The notes beneath the pieces were generated by a model, which did not search any database, was not told the DNA's origin, and was given only the letters and a program-made list of their open reading frames with translations. This document shows, piece by piece, positions 45,650-54,450 of a stretch of DNA of 64,000 nucleotides. Every line of letters begins with the position of its first letter. Position 1 is the first letter of the stretch. This DNA is from Candidatus Lernaella stagnicola (GTDB lineage: Bacteria > Lernaellota > Lernaellaia > Lernaellales > Lernaellaceae): NCBI GenBank assembly GCA_030765525.1, contig JAVCCK010000030.1, positions 12,488-76,487 on the forward strand, given 5' to 3'. The translations under genes were made by a program, and so were the position numbers.

Positions 45650-46498
45650 ATGTCCTGCCTGCTGATTATTGCCGCCATATCGGCGCTCTTCGCGGTCTCC
45701 ACATTCGCGGCCGACGACGTTGTCGTGCTGCAACCACGCCACCGGACCGCCCAAAGCCTCCTGCCCGCCCTGGAGGCGGCGGCCGGAAAAACCGCCACCA
45801 TCGGCATCGATTCGCGCACCGGCCGCATCATCGTGCAGGGCGACCAGGCCGCTATCGCCCGGGTCAAAAAAGTCCTGCAGCAACTCGACGTTCCCCTGCG
45901 CAACGTGCTTGTCGAATGGCAGCGCGTCGGCCAAACCGAATACGAAAACCTCGGCATCGACGTCACATGGCGTGTCGAAGGACGCGGCTGGCGCGTGGGC
46001 ACCCTGCCCTTGGAAGGCACCGAACGAGGTGGCCTCGTCGGCACCCGAGGCGGCGTCACCAAACGCATCCACCGCAGCACCGACGCCTCCCGGCAAACCG
46101 TCCGCGTGCTGGAAGGGGGCACCGCCGCCCTGGTGACCGGGCGCAAGCAAGGTTTCTCGCCCGATCGAGTCGCTGTCGGACGTGGGCGGCGCCCGCTGGT
46201 CGCCGGAAGCATTCAAGACGTTCAGGTCTCGTTGATGGTGCGCCCGCGCGTGGTGGGCGAGCAGATTGAGCTGGCCGTGTTCCCGCAGACGGTATGGTTC
46301 ACCGACGCCGGGCGGCAAGTGCAAGTCGCCGAAGATTTGGCCACCGTCGTGCGAATTCAAAGCGGCGAACAGTTCCTACTCGGCTCGGTGACCGGGCAAT
46401 CGCAAACGACGATATTGCAGGGAGTCTTCGAACAACTGGAGCAGAACCACGCGGCGACCGATACCGTCTATTTGATGCGGGCGACCATCGAGCCCTAA
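45650..46498 (+). CDS. short secretin-like protein (secretin N-type domain plus degenerate secretin core)
   Basis: Trimmed to ATG 45650. Signal peptide MSCLLIIAAISALFAVSTFA. VVVLQPRHRTAQSLLPALEAAAGKTATIGIDSRTGRIIVQGDQAAIARVKKVLQQLDVP matches the secretin N / NolW-like short domain. Later segments (TVRVLEGGTAALVTG, VSLMVRPRVVGEQIEL, TVVRIQSGEQFLLGS) resemble the secretin core, but at 282 aa the protein is far shorter than canonical secretins. Confidence 0.5.
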   Translation: MSCLLIIAAISALFAVSTFAADDVVVLQPRHRTAQSLLPALEAAAGKTATIGIDSRTGRIIVQGDQAAIARVKKVLQQLDVPLRNVLVEWQRVGQTEYENLGIDVTWRVEGRGWRVGTLPLEGTERGGLVGTRGGVTKRIHRSTDASRQTVRVLEGGTAALVTGRKQGFSPDRVAVGRGRRPLVAGSIQDVQVSLMVRPRVVGEQIELAVFPQTVWFTDAGRQVQVAEDLATVVRIQSGEQFLLGSVTGQSQTTILQGVFEQLEQNHAATDTVYLMRATIEP

Positions 46499-46501
46499 CG
46501 G

Positions 46502-47767
46502 TTAGGGTATCGGTTGCTTGGCGCGGCGGATTTTCGCGCCCAGCGCGTTGAGCTTGTCGTCCAGGCGTTCGTAGCCGCGATCCAAATGATAGATCCGCAG
46601 CACTTCGGTCACGCTGTCGGCCGCCAGCCCGGCCAACACCAAACTCGCCGACGCGCGCAAATCGGTCGCCATCACCGGCGCGCCGGACAGCAGCGGCACG
46701 CCGCGCACCAGGGCGGTGTTTCCTTCGATGCTGATTTGCGCCCCCATGCGCTGCAATTCCGAGACGTGCATGAAGCGATTCTCAAAAATCGTTTCGGTGA
46801 TCACCGAAAGCCCGTCGGCCAGGCACGCCAGGGCCATCAATTGCGCCTGCATATCGGTGGCGAAGCCCGGATAGGGGCGCGTCTTGACGTCGACGGCGTG
46901 TATGCGGTGCGGACCGATCACGCGCAGGTCGCCGTTTTCCGGCTCGATCGTCAGGCCCGCCTGCCGCAGCTTTTCCACGACGGTCTGCAAATGGTGCAGC
47001 GGCGCGTTTTTCAGCAGGATATTCCCCCGCGTGACGCCGGCGGCGACCATCAGCGTACCGGCCTCGATGCGATCGGCGATCAGGGTTTGTTCGACACCGT
47101 GCAATTCGCTCACGCCCTGAATGCGAATCACGTCGGTGCCGTCGCCCTCGATGCGCGCGCCCATGCCGCGCAGCCAATCGGCCAAGGCGGTGATTTCCGG
47201 TTCCCGCGCCACGTTTTCCAGCACCGTTTCGCCTTCGGCGAGCGCGGCGGCCATCATGAGATTCTCGGTGCCGCCGACGGTGACGAAGTCGAAACATACC
47301 GTGTTGCCGCGCAGACCGTGCGGGGCCGACGCTTCGATGTATCCGTGCTCCACGGTGATTTTCGCGCCCAGCCGCTGCAAACCCCGCAGGTGTTGGTCCA
47401 CCGGTCGCGCGCCGATGGCGCAACCGCCGGGTAGCGAGACGCGGGCCCGGCGCAACCGCGCCACAAGCGGCCCCAAAATGAGCACGCCCGCGCGCATGGT
47501 TTTGACGATTTCATACGGCGCTTCGTGGCCGACCAAGCCGGCCGGATCGACGCGGATGTCGCCGTTCTCGCCGCTCAGCTTCACGCCAAGGCCTTCCAGC
47601 AGCCGTTTGACCGTGCGGATATCGTGCAGTTGCGGCACGTCGCGCAAGGTACTGGGCGCTTCGGTGAGAATCGTGGCGCACAACATCGGCAACGCCGCGT
47701 TTTTCGCCCCGCTTACCCGCACTTCACCCAGCAGCCTCTCGCCGCCGGTGATGACCATTTTTTCCAC
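46502..47767 (-). CDS. murA: UDP-N-acetylglucosamine 1-carboxyvinyltransferase
   Basis: [20 protein letters not shown], the active-site loop [16 protein letters not shown], and [23 protein letters not shown] 47767 is preferred (GAGGAGG 6-7 nt upstream). Confidence 0.93.
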   Translation of the reverse strand: MEKMVITGGERLLGEVRVSGAKNAALPMLCATILTEAPSTLRDVPQLHDIRTVKRLLEGLGVKLSGENGDIRVDPAGLVGHEAPYEIVKTMRAGVLILGPLVARLRRARVSLPGGCAIGARPVDQHLRGLQRLGAKITVEHGYIEASAPHGLRGNTVCFDFVTVGGTENLMMAAALAEGETVLENVAREPEITALADWLRGMGARIEGDGTDVIRIQGVSELHGVEQTLIADRIEAGTLMVAAGVTRGNILLKNAPLHHLQTVVEKLRQAGLTIEPENGDLRVIGPHRIHAVDVKTRPYPGFATDMQAQLMALACLADGLSVITETIFENRFMHVSELQRMGAQISIEGNTALVRGVPLLSGAPVMATDLRASASLVLAGLAADSVTEVLRIYHLDRGYERLDDKLNALGAKIRRAKQPIP

Positions 47768-47784
47768 AACCGCCTCCTCGCCGC

Positions 47785-48636
47785 TTAGCTGCGGCGTCCG
47801 ATCACTACTCGCTCGATGCCCGCCAGGTCGCAACGCCTCTCGACGCCGTCAAAGCCGCCCGCCGCGAACAACTCGGCTACCGCGTCGGCCTGCCCCGCCC
47901 CGCACTCCACGACCAGCCAACCGGCCGGTTTGAGCGCTTCACGCGCCCGGGGTACGAGCTTGCGAATCACATCCAAACCATCCGGGCCACCGTCCAACGC
48001 CAGGGCGGGATCATACTGCGCGACCTCGGGCATCAGCGTCGCCAAGTCTCCCGAGGCAATATAGGGCGGATTGCTCAGCACGGCGTCGAATCCGCCGGCC
48101 TCGGCATCCAGCAAGCTTACCTCGCACACCTCAACGCGGTCTTCCACCTGGAGCCGCGCAATGTTCTCGCGCGCCAGGTCGGCCGCCTCGGGCGACACTT
48201 CGGTGGCCGTTACGCGCCACGCGGGGCGTTGCTTGGCCAGGCTGACGGCCACGCACCCGCTGCCGGTGCCGACCTCGCACAGCGCGGCGTTTGTTTCCGG
48301 CAGTAACGCGAGCGCCGTTTCCACAAGCAGTTCGGTCTCGGGCCGTGGAACCAGCGCGCGGGCGTCGCAAAGAAAAGACAACCCGTAGAACTCCCGGGTT
48401 CCTACCAAGTGCGCCACCGGTTCGCGGCACCCGCGGCGCCGCACCCATTCGCGCATCGTCGCCAGTTCGCCGGCCTCCAGCGGTTGATCGAAGCGCAAAT
48501 ACAGCCCCACGCGGTCGCAGCCCAATACCTTCGCCAACAGCACTTCGGCATCGAGCCGGGCGCTTTCAATTCCCTTGCCCGCGAAATAGTCGCGACACCA
48601 ATGGAGCAGTTTTAGAACAGTCCAGGTTTCATTCAT
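47785..48636 (-). CDS. prmC: peptide chain release factor N5-glutamine methyltransferase
   Basis: Trimmed to ATG 48636 because the track ORF runs over the tRNA. Has the SAM motif LCEVGTGSGCVAV and the catalytic VLSNPPYI (NPPY). Confidence 0.88.
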   Translation of the reverse strand: MNETWTVLKLLHWCRDYFAGKGIESARLDAEVLLAKVLGCDRVGLYLRFDQPLEAGELATMREWVRRRGCREPVAHLVGTREFYGLSFLCDARALVPRPETELLVETALALLPETNAALCEVGTGSGCVAVSLAKQRPAWRVTATEVSPEAADLARENIARLQVEDRVEVCEVSLLDAEAGGFDAVLSNPPYIASGDLATLMPEVAQYDPALALDGGPDGLDVIRKLVPRAREALKPAGWLVVECGAGQADAVAELFAAGGFDGVERRCDLAGIERVVIGRRS

Positions 48637-48655
48637 GATCGTCTTTCGACTCGAT

Positions 48656-48729
48656 TCGGGGCGGCCGGACTCGAACCGGCGACCCCCGGTTCCCAAAACC
48701 GGTGCGCTACCAGACTGCGCCACGCCCCG
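48656..48729 (-). tRNA. tRNA-Pro (anticodon UGG)
   Basis: Hand-folded cloverleaf: CGGGGCG-TG-GCGC-AGTCTGGTA-GCGC-A-CCGGT-TTTGGGA-ACCGG-GGGTC-GCCGG-TTCGAGT-CCGGC-CGCCCCG-A. The 7-bp acceptor, D, anticodon and T stems all pair. The T-loop is TTCGAGT. CCA is not encoded. Confidence 0.9.
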
Positions 48730-48847
48730 AAAAATGACACCGGAAAATAGCACGCGGCCACCGCCGGCTCAAGACGAACGATGGGGCCGGCCCCAAGAAA
48801 AAGCGCGGCGGAAACCCGCCGCGCTTTTATGTTTCAATGCTACTCGA

Positions 48848-50605
48848 TCAGCAACCGCAACCGTCGTCGTCGTCGTCATCGTCGTCGGCGCCGTCGCCGC
48901 CGTTGTCGTCGTCGCTGCCGGTCGTGTCATCATCGCCGGTCGTATCGTCGTCACCGATCGTGTCGTCGTCGCCCGTGGTGTCGTCATCACCAACGGTATC
49001 GTCGTCGCTGCCGAACACGGTGATGGTCACCGTGTCGGTGTCGGCATCGGTGCCGTCGTCGACGGTCAGCGTCACGATGATGTCGCCCGCCGTACCGGCC
49101 GTGAAGGTCGTCGCCACGGCAGTCGCGTCATCAAAGGTCACGCCGTCGGCTTCCCACAGGTAGGTCAACGGGTCTTCGTCGGCGTCGGAGGAGCCGCTGC
49201 CGTCCAGGGCCACGGTGTCACCGAGGTCGACTTCTTGATCATCGCCCGCGTCGGCAATCGGCGGGTCATTAAGCTGCGTGTACTTGTAAACCGCCAAGTC
49301 GAACGCGGCGGCATAACCGAGCTTGTTGCTGCCCCAGCCGAAACCGAGTATCGGGTGGCCCCACGGCACGACGGTGTCTTCCTGTTGCCAGGTCAAGCCG
49401 CTGTCATCGGAATACATGATCAGCGCTTTGTAGCTGAAGCTGTTACCGGCCGCGCCGCCCAGGAATCCGATTTGGCCGCTGGGCTGGAAGGACATCGCGC
49501 CCAGCGCGTAAGACGGAGCGCCCGGAATGTTGGGCTGCGGCACGCGGGAAGTCACATCTTCCCAGGTGTCGCCGGCGTCTTCGGAGACCCACAGGTTGTA
49601 GGGATGCGTCGTGTAGACGTGCGGATCGCCCATCACCCAGATGGTGTCCTCATCGACCATTTCGACCCACATGTAGCCATCGCTGGGTGTATCTTGCACT
49701 AGTTCCCAGGTCTGGCCGCCGTCGTGGGTGCGGTAGATTTGGCCGTCGGTGTACTTGCCACCCATCAATTCGGGGTGCTCTTCACGATACTTCAAGCGAT
49801 ACATCGGGTCGTGTTGATACAGCGCGCGATGTTTGGCGCTGCGGTACATCGCCATGGCCTCTTCATAGGTCATTTCGCCCTTGGCCTCGGGTTCGTCTTC
49901 CATCGAGCCGGTGATGATGAAACCGTACTCCGGCGTGATGAAATCGACGTCGTTGAAGTAAGTCTCGTTGTTGCCCGGCGAGTTGATGCGGTTCCAGCTC
50001 GCGCCGCCGTCCTGCGTCCGAATGATGTACTGCGGGCCGCCGACCGCGTACCCGATGGTGTCGTCGGCGTAATCCATCGCGGTGGCCATGTTCATCATGC
50101 TGGCGCCGTTAATCTCGGCCACGGTCCAGTTGATGCCGCCGTCGTTGGAGTACTCAATCATGGTCTGCATTTGGAGCATGCAAACGAACATGCACGCCGG
50201 GAACGGCGTCTGCTCGAGGCATTCCGGGTTGATGCCGAAGCCGATGAGCTGCACGTTGTCCGGACCCGTCGAGTCGACCTGCAGGAACATGTTCATGATC
50301 TGCAGCATCATGCAATCATCGGTTATGTAGGTCATGTCCAATTCGTGAATCGGTACGAATGTCTGGCCGCCGTTGTGCGTGGCCCAAGCGTGCTGAATCG
50401 ACAGCGCGCCACTCTGATACATGCCCACCGTGTAGGCCGTGTCTTCATCCGGCACCGTAATGCCCATGACCGCGGCGTTGGACAAACCCGGCGGGTACGG
50501 CAACGGATCCCAGACTTCTTCCCAGACTCCGTATTCGGCCATCGCCGGCATGGCCCATAGGGCAGCCGCCATGCACAGTGCCAACAAAATACTAACTTTC
50601 TTCAT
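48848..50605 (-). CDS. exported BNR/Asp-box beta-propeller plus PKD-like domain protein with (DDDxx)n tract and C-terminal CGC
   Basis: AGGAGG then ATG 50605. Signal peptide MKKVSILLALCMAAALWAMPAMA. Asp-boxes: SNDGGINWT, TQDGGASWN, THDGGQTWE, SDDSGLTWQ. PKD-like segment: PPIADAGDDQEVDLGDTVALDGSGSSDADEDPLTYLWE. Tail: SDDDTVGDDDTTGDDDTIGDDD...GADDDDDDDDGCGC-stop. Confidence 0.85.
   Translation of the reverse strand: MKKVSILLALCMAAALWAMPAMAEYGVWEEVWDPLPYPPGLSNAAVMGITVPDEDTAYTVGMYQSGALSIQHAWATHNGGQTFVPIHELDMTYITDDCMMLQIMNMFLQVDSTGPDNVQLIGFGINPECLEQTPFPACMFVCMLQMQTMIEYSNDGGINWTVAEINGASMMNMATAMDYADDTIGYAVGGPQYIIRTQDGGASWNRINSPGNNETYFNDVDFITPEYGFIITGSMEDEPEAKGEMTYEEAMAMYRSAKHRALYQHDPMYRLKYREEHPELMGGKYTDGQIYRTHDGGQTWELVQDTPSDGYMWVEMVDEDTIWVMGDPHVYTTHPYNLWVSEDAGDTWEDVTSRVPQPNIPGAPSYALGAMSFQPSGQIGFLGGAAGNSFSYKALIMYSDDSGLTWQQEDTVVPWGHPILGFGWGSNKLGYAAAFDLAVYKYTQLNDPPIADAGDDQEVDLGDTVALDGSGSSDADEDPLTYLWEADGVTFDDATAVATTFTAGTAGDIIVTLTVDDGTDADTDTVTITVFGSDDDTVGDDDTTGDDDTIGDDDTTGDDDTTGSDDDNGGDGADDDDDDDDGCGC
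48851..49006 (-). repeat. 15-bp-period Asp-codon coding repeat ending in TGC GGT TGC
   Basis: GTCGTCATCGCCGGT-like and GTCGTCGTCACCGAT-like 15-mers. Confidence 0.9.
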
Positions 50606-50697
50606 TTCGAAAAACCTCCTGAAATATTATGACGCCGCCAAGCGGGATCCGTTCATCCTTATCCGCGGCTTCGCGGGCCGTGATTCCTCAGCCCCTG

Positions 50698-50727
50698 ATA
50701 CTAGAACGGCCTTATGGAGAGTGTCAA
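50698..50727 (-). promoter_or_regulatory. possible sigma70-like promoter for the 48848-50605 gene
   Basis: On the minus strand: TTGACA (50727-50722), an 18-nt spacer, then TAGTAT (50703-50698). Confidence 0.3.
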
Positions 50728-50741
50728 TCTTTCCGCGTGAC

Positions 50742-51560
50742 TTAATATTGGACATTGGTTCCCAACAAAAGCATCGTCCCTTGCGAGATATTACGACCGT
50801 AGGCGGGATAAATCGCCGTAAAGTCGAAACTCCAGTGGTTACCGGCCTTGATCCCGACTTGAATGTGAGTATAGCCCGCGTCGTAATCCGGGCCGCGCTG
50901 CCAATAGACGGTTTGGGCGTCGTCGGCTTCGTTGCCCACCGAGGAGTGGCCGTCCAGCCGCAGCGTGCCGTAAACGATGTTGTAAGCAAATCCGATTTCC
51001 GCGCCGTACACGTACAGATCGGCCGGATCCTCATCCCGATATCGGTAACCGACGTCAACGCCCACCGTGAACAGAGAGATCTTCACGCCGCCCAGCACGC
51101 GCCCCTCGAGGTCAAGCTGACCGTCGCCCGGCGGTAGCGGCTTGGTTTCGTCGTAAAAATAAGGCAGCTTCACCTTCGCCGACACGCCCAGCGCCGCCCG
51201 GTGACCTCCGATGATCCGCCACAACGTGTCCAACTCCACATCGCCGAGCGCCGTTTCGTTTTCCTCGTCGAATTTGTCGTTGATGTATTGGTTGATCACG
51301 TGAGCCGCGAAACCCAGTTCCACCTTGTCCAGCACCGCCCAACGCAACGTCAAATGACCCCCGATTTCGCGGTAAAACGCCTCGTGCAGATGATGGCGGT
51401 CGCCCTCGCCGTCCAGGTAGTTGCTCGTCACGTAGTAACTCAGGCCCAACCTTCCCATAAGCTGCCGCTCGGACATCGTGAAAGCCGTATCGGCCAGCGC
51501 CGGCACGGCTCCCGCCGTGCACAACACCAGTGCAAAAAGAAAAACGGTAGCTTTTCTCAT
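50742..51560 (-). CDS. outer-membrane beta-barrel protein (family not recognised)
   Basis: Signal peptide MRKATVFLFALVLCTAGAVPALA. Alternating hydrophobic strands throughout. C-terminal beta-signal-like LLLGTNVQY ending in an aromatic residue. Confidence 0.65.
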   Translation of the reverse strand: MRKATVFLFALVLCTAGAVPALADTAFTMSERQLMGRLGLSYYVTSNYLDGEGDRHHLHEAFYREIGGHLTLRWAVLDKVELGFAAHVINQYINDKFDEENETALGDVELDTLWRIIGGHRAALGVSAKVKLPYFYDETKPLPPGDGQLDLEGRVLGGVKISLFTVGVDVGYRYRDEDPADLYVYGAEIGFAYNIVYGTLRLDGHSSVGNEADDAQTVYWQRGPDYDAGYTHIQVGIKAGNHWSFDFTAIYPAYGRNISQGTMLLLGTNVQY

Positions 51561-51765
51561 CTGAAGCTTCCCCTGCTATGTGAATGTCGCACCGCGTCAC
51601 GCATACCACAGCCACATCGGTAATTCAATTTGTTTCCCGCGCGGCTGCGATCCGATCTTACCGGCCCGCCGGGTGAAAACTTGACGCGAGTGAGCCGCTG
51701 CCGTAATCTGCGGTTTCGTGTTTGGTAAATACCCGGGCTCGACAGCCCCTTAAGGAGAAACTCCC

Positions 51766-53514
51766 ATGCAACGAATTTCCGTGGCTCTCATTCTCACTTT
51801 GCTGCTCGTATCGGCCGCCTGGGCCGGCCAGGGTGAGTGGGAATACCTCGACGCCAGCGCGGGCGCGATTAGCTCCGGCTATCTGGCGGTTTCGGCGGTG
51901 GACGACAACAACGCGTTTACCATCGGCATCAACCAATTCTCCGCCTACGGCGCCCAGTGGGCCTGGAAAACCGAAAACGCCGGTGAAACCTGGACCTCCA
52001 TTTTTCAGTTCGAAGGCACCGGCGACGATTGTGACATGGTGAGTTTCTTCACCTTCATGCTCGACGGCGATTGGTACGACATGGACCACGGCGTCGTCGT
52101 GGGCATGGCCGTTCCGGACGAATGCCTGGAAGAGTTCCCCGACATGCCGCAATGCATGTTCGCCTGCATGTTCCGCATGCGCTCGTTCATCTGGACCGTC
52201 ACCGACGGCGGCGAAACCTTTGTGGAACACGACGGCGGCGGCAACATGACCAAAGTCGCCATGGACCTCAAGATCATCGGCGAAACCATTTACGCGGGCG
52301 GCTCGAACGGCTATTTCATCAAAAGCATGGATTTCGGCGACTCGTGGGTAAGCCTGCCCTCACCGGAAACCGGCCTCAATTCCTCCATCACCGACATGTG
52401 GTGGCTGACCCCCGACCTGGGCTACGTGGCCACCGGCGCCCCCGGTGAAGCCGACAAAGGCGAGCCGGCCGACGACGACGAAGCGAAAAGAACCTACTAC
52501 GCCATGCGCGATTACCTCGACTACTTCCGCAACCCGATTCGCCGCATGCAGATGCTCGAAGAGGGCTACGACCCGACCAAGAACGCCGGCGACAAGGCCC
52601 AGTACGGCAACTTGTACAAGACGGTCGACGGCGGCCATAGCTGGGAGAAAGTCTACGACGGCGACGGCGTCTACTCCATTTATCGCTTGCAGTTCCTCGA
52701 TGAGATGAACGGCGTAGTCGTCACCGACGAATGGGCCAGCTCCCACGCCGAAAACACCATCAAGATGACCCACGACGGCGGCATCACCTGGCAGGCGGGC
52801 TCGATTCCCGACACCGGCCCCGACAACTCGAAGTACATCATCAGCGACATCCGCATGCTCACCCCGAGCCTCGGCTACGCCGCGGCGGCGCACCAGCGCG
52901 GCATCGCTGCCTCCTCCCTCGTGCTCGTGACCACCGACGGCGGCGCAACCTGGACCTTCGACACGATCGGCTCGAATCCCGGCTACACCGGCGATCCGCG
53001 CGGTTACGGCTTCATGGCCATGGACTTCGCCAACAACACCCGCGGCTACGGCGTGGGCATGAACCTTTCCGTGGCGCGCTACGCGGGCACCAATGCCGGG
53101 CCGGTGGCTGACGCGGGCGATGACATCGCGGCCGACGCGAATACCGTGGTCACCCTGGACGGCAGCGGCTCCAGCGACCCGGACGAAGACTTGCTGCTCT
53201 ATCTGTGGACCTTGGTTGACGGCCCGGCCGATGTGACCTTGGACGGCGAATTCACCGCCGCGCCGACTTTCACGGCAACCGTGGACGGCGACTACACCTT
53301 CGAACTGCAGGTCTCCGACATCGAATACCAGGATACCGACGAGATGATCGTGACGATCTCCGGCGGAACGCCCGTCGACGACGATGACGACGACACGGTC
53401 GGTGACGACGATACGACCGACGACGACGACACCACGGCGGGCGACGACGACGACGCAAGCCCCGACGCCGGTGACGACGACGACGATGACAACGACGACG
53501 GCTGCGGCTGCTAG
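51766..53514 (+). CDS. exported BNR/Asp-box beta-propeller plus PKD-like domain protein with (DDDxx)n tract and C-terminal CGC (paralogue of 48848-50605)
   Basis: AAGGAG then ATG. Signal peptide MQRISVALILTLLLVSAAWA. Asp-box-like motifs: TENAGETWT, VTDGGETF, TVDGGHSWE, THDGGITWQ, TTDGGATWT. Shares the Cys motif PDECLEEFPDMPQCMFACMF with the paralogue's PECLEQTPFPACMFVCML. PKD-like segment: GPVADAGDDIAADANTVVTLDGSGSSDPDEDLLLYLW. Tail: VDDDDDDTVGDDDTTDDDD...GDDDDDDNDDGCGC-stop. Confidence 0.85.
   Translation: MQRISVALILTLLLVSAAWAGQGEWEYLDASAGAISSGYLAVSAVDDNNAFTIGINQFSAYGAQWAWKTENAGETWTSIFQFEGTGDDCDMVSFFTFMLDGDWYDMDHGVVVGMAVPDECLEEFPDMPQCMFACMFRMRSFIWTVTDGGETFVEHDGGGNMTKVAMDLKIIGETIYAGGSNGYFIKSMDFGDSWVSLPSPETGLNSSITDMWWLTPDLGYVATGAPGEADKGEPADDDEAKRTYYAMRDYLDYFRNPIRRMQMLEEGYDPTKNAGDKAQYGNLYKTVDGGHSWEKVYDGDGVYSIYRLQFLDEMNGVVVTDEWASSHAENTIKMTHDGGITWQAGSIPDTGPDNSKYIISDIRMLTPSLGYAAAAHQRGIAASSLVLVTTDGGATWTFDTIGSNPGYTGDPRGYGFMAMDFANNTRGYGVGMNLSVARYAGTNAGPVADAGDDIAADANTVVTLDGSGSSDPDEDLLLYLWTLVDGPADVTLDGEFTAAPTFTATVDGDYTFELQVSDIEYQDTDEMIVTISGGTPVDDDDDDTVGDDDTTDDDDTTAGDDDDASPDAGDDDDDDNDDGCGC
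53377..53511 (+). repeat. Asp-codon coding repeat ending in TGC GGC TGC
   Basis: GAC/GAT-dominated tract, in frame. Confidence 0.9.
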
Positions 53515-53798
53515 CGCAACGTAAACCTGTAGGCGCGCTTTTGGTTTGCTAAATGTCGTCGCATGGATAGTTAATTCACTATATGCGGCGGGGTGAGGCA
53601 AAGGGGGCGTCGTGGATTCAAAAGGGCGTTTGGGCCGATCTGGCTGAAAACGCTGAGAAAAGGCGCAGAAACAGCGTCGGAGACTCCAACAGAAGTCGCC
53701 GGCGCTGTTGATTTATTAGATTTTCAAACACCGTCTAAAGGGGGATTATCGGCCGTTTCAATGGGCCTGTAAAAAAATGAAATAAACCGAAAAAACAC

Positions 53799-53827
53799 TT
53801 GACAACGTAAGGCGTCCACCCTATATT
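53799..53827 (+). promoter_or_regulatory. near-consensus sigma70 promoter, apparently producing a leaderless mRNA
   Basis: TTGACA (53799-53804), exactly 17 nt of spacer, then TATATT (53822-53827). The ATG of the next ORF is at 53834, 6-7 nt after the -10 box, and no Shine-Dalgarno sequence is present. Confidence 0.55.
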
Positions 53828-53833
53828 ATACCC

Positions 53834-54433
53834 ATGATGACAAACGGAACAAACAACGGGGCAAACGGAAGGGGGCGGGTCATGGAACGGTTCATGCCGA
53901 CAGAAGCTCAGGTCGCATTCGCCCAAAGATTAGTGGTTGGCGCGATCCAGGCTGGATTGGTCGCCGGCGAGGAAGCAGCCGGGATGGTCCACGGCGTGCG
54001 GGAAATGGGAATGGCGAGCCGACGCGAAAGCGTTTGCCGGGAGACCCAGCACACCCGCCGGGTAGCAAGCAGCATCATCGATGATCTTATTGGTTTGGGG
54101 GCGGAGCCCGCTGACGGGCCGCTTCCGAGCGAAGAATCGCTTTGCCCGGCCGCGCCGCAAACCCCCATCACCCGCCTGGACGGTCTTGAGATTGACGATT
54201 TGACAGAGTTCGTACCGGCCGAAGTGGCGGAACGGTTTGACCGTTTCGGGATCGGGGCTGACGTTCGGACGTTTGGCGGCTTCCCGACTGATTCAGGCCC
54301 CGCGCCGGTTCAAATCATCGTAGAGGTTGGCGGAGAGAGGGTGGCGCGGGTTCCGGCGGCGGAGTTGGACTTGGCCCAAAGCCACGACGACATCATTCGT
54401 CAGATTCTCTTAGCAGCGAATGAGCAAATCTAA
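53834..54433 (+). CDS. hypothetical protein (prophage-border gene)
   Basis: 199-aa ORF with no recognisable motifs. Supported by the promoter geometry and tight spacing to the next gene. Confidence 0.45.
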   Translation: MMTNGTNNGANGRGRVMERFMPTEAQVAFAQRLVVGAIQAGLVAGEEAAGMVHGVREMGMASRRESVCRETQHTRRVASSIIDDLIGLGAEPADGPLPSEESLCPAAPQTPITRLDGLEIDDLTEFVPAEVAERFDRFGIGADVRTFGGFPTDSGPAPVQIIVEVGGERVARVPAAELDLAQSHDDIIRQILLAANEQI

Positions 54434-54450
54434 CCACCGGCCAAGCCGGG

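Noticed and set aside
48656-48729. tRNA-Pro as the integration site for the 48.8-53.5 kb tail-gene locus or the prophage.
   Set aside because: The accessory genes lie on the 5' side of the tRNA, whereas integrases normally target the 3' end. No direct repeat of the tRNA 3' half was seen. The phage module starts about 5 kb away, with host-like genes in between.
48637-48753. N-terminal extension of the prmC ORF (MLFSGVIFRGVAQSGSAPVLGTGGRRFESGRPE...).
   Set aside because: This stretch is the translation of the tRNA-Pro gene. The real prmC start is the ATG at 48636.
53735-53926. 63-aa Cys/His-rich minus-strand ORF at the element border.
   Set aside because: It overlaps the near-consensus promoter and the start of the plus-strand gene. 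It has no ribosome-binding site, and its composition looks accidental.
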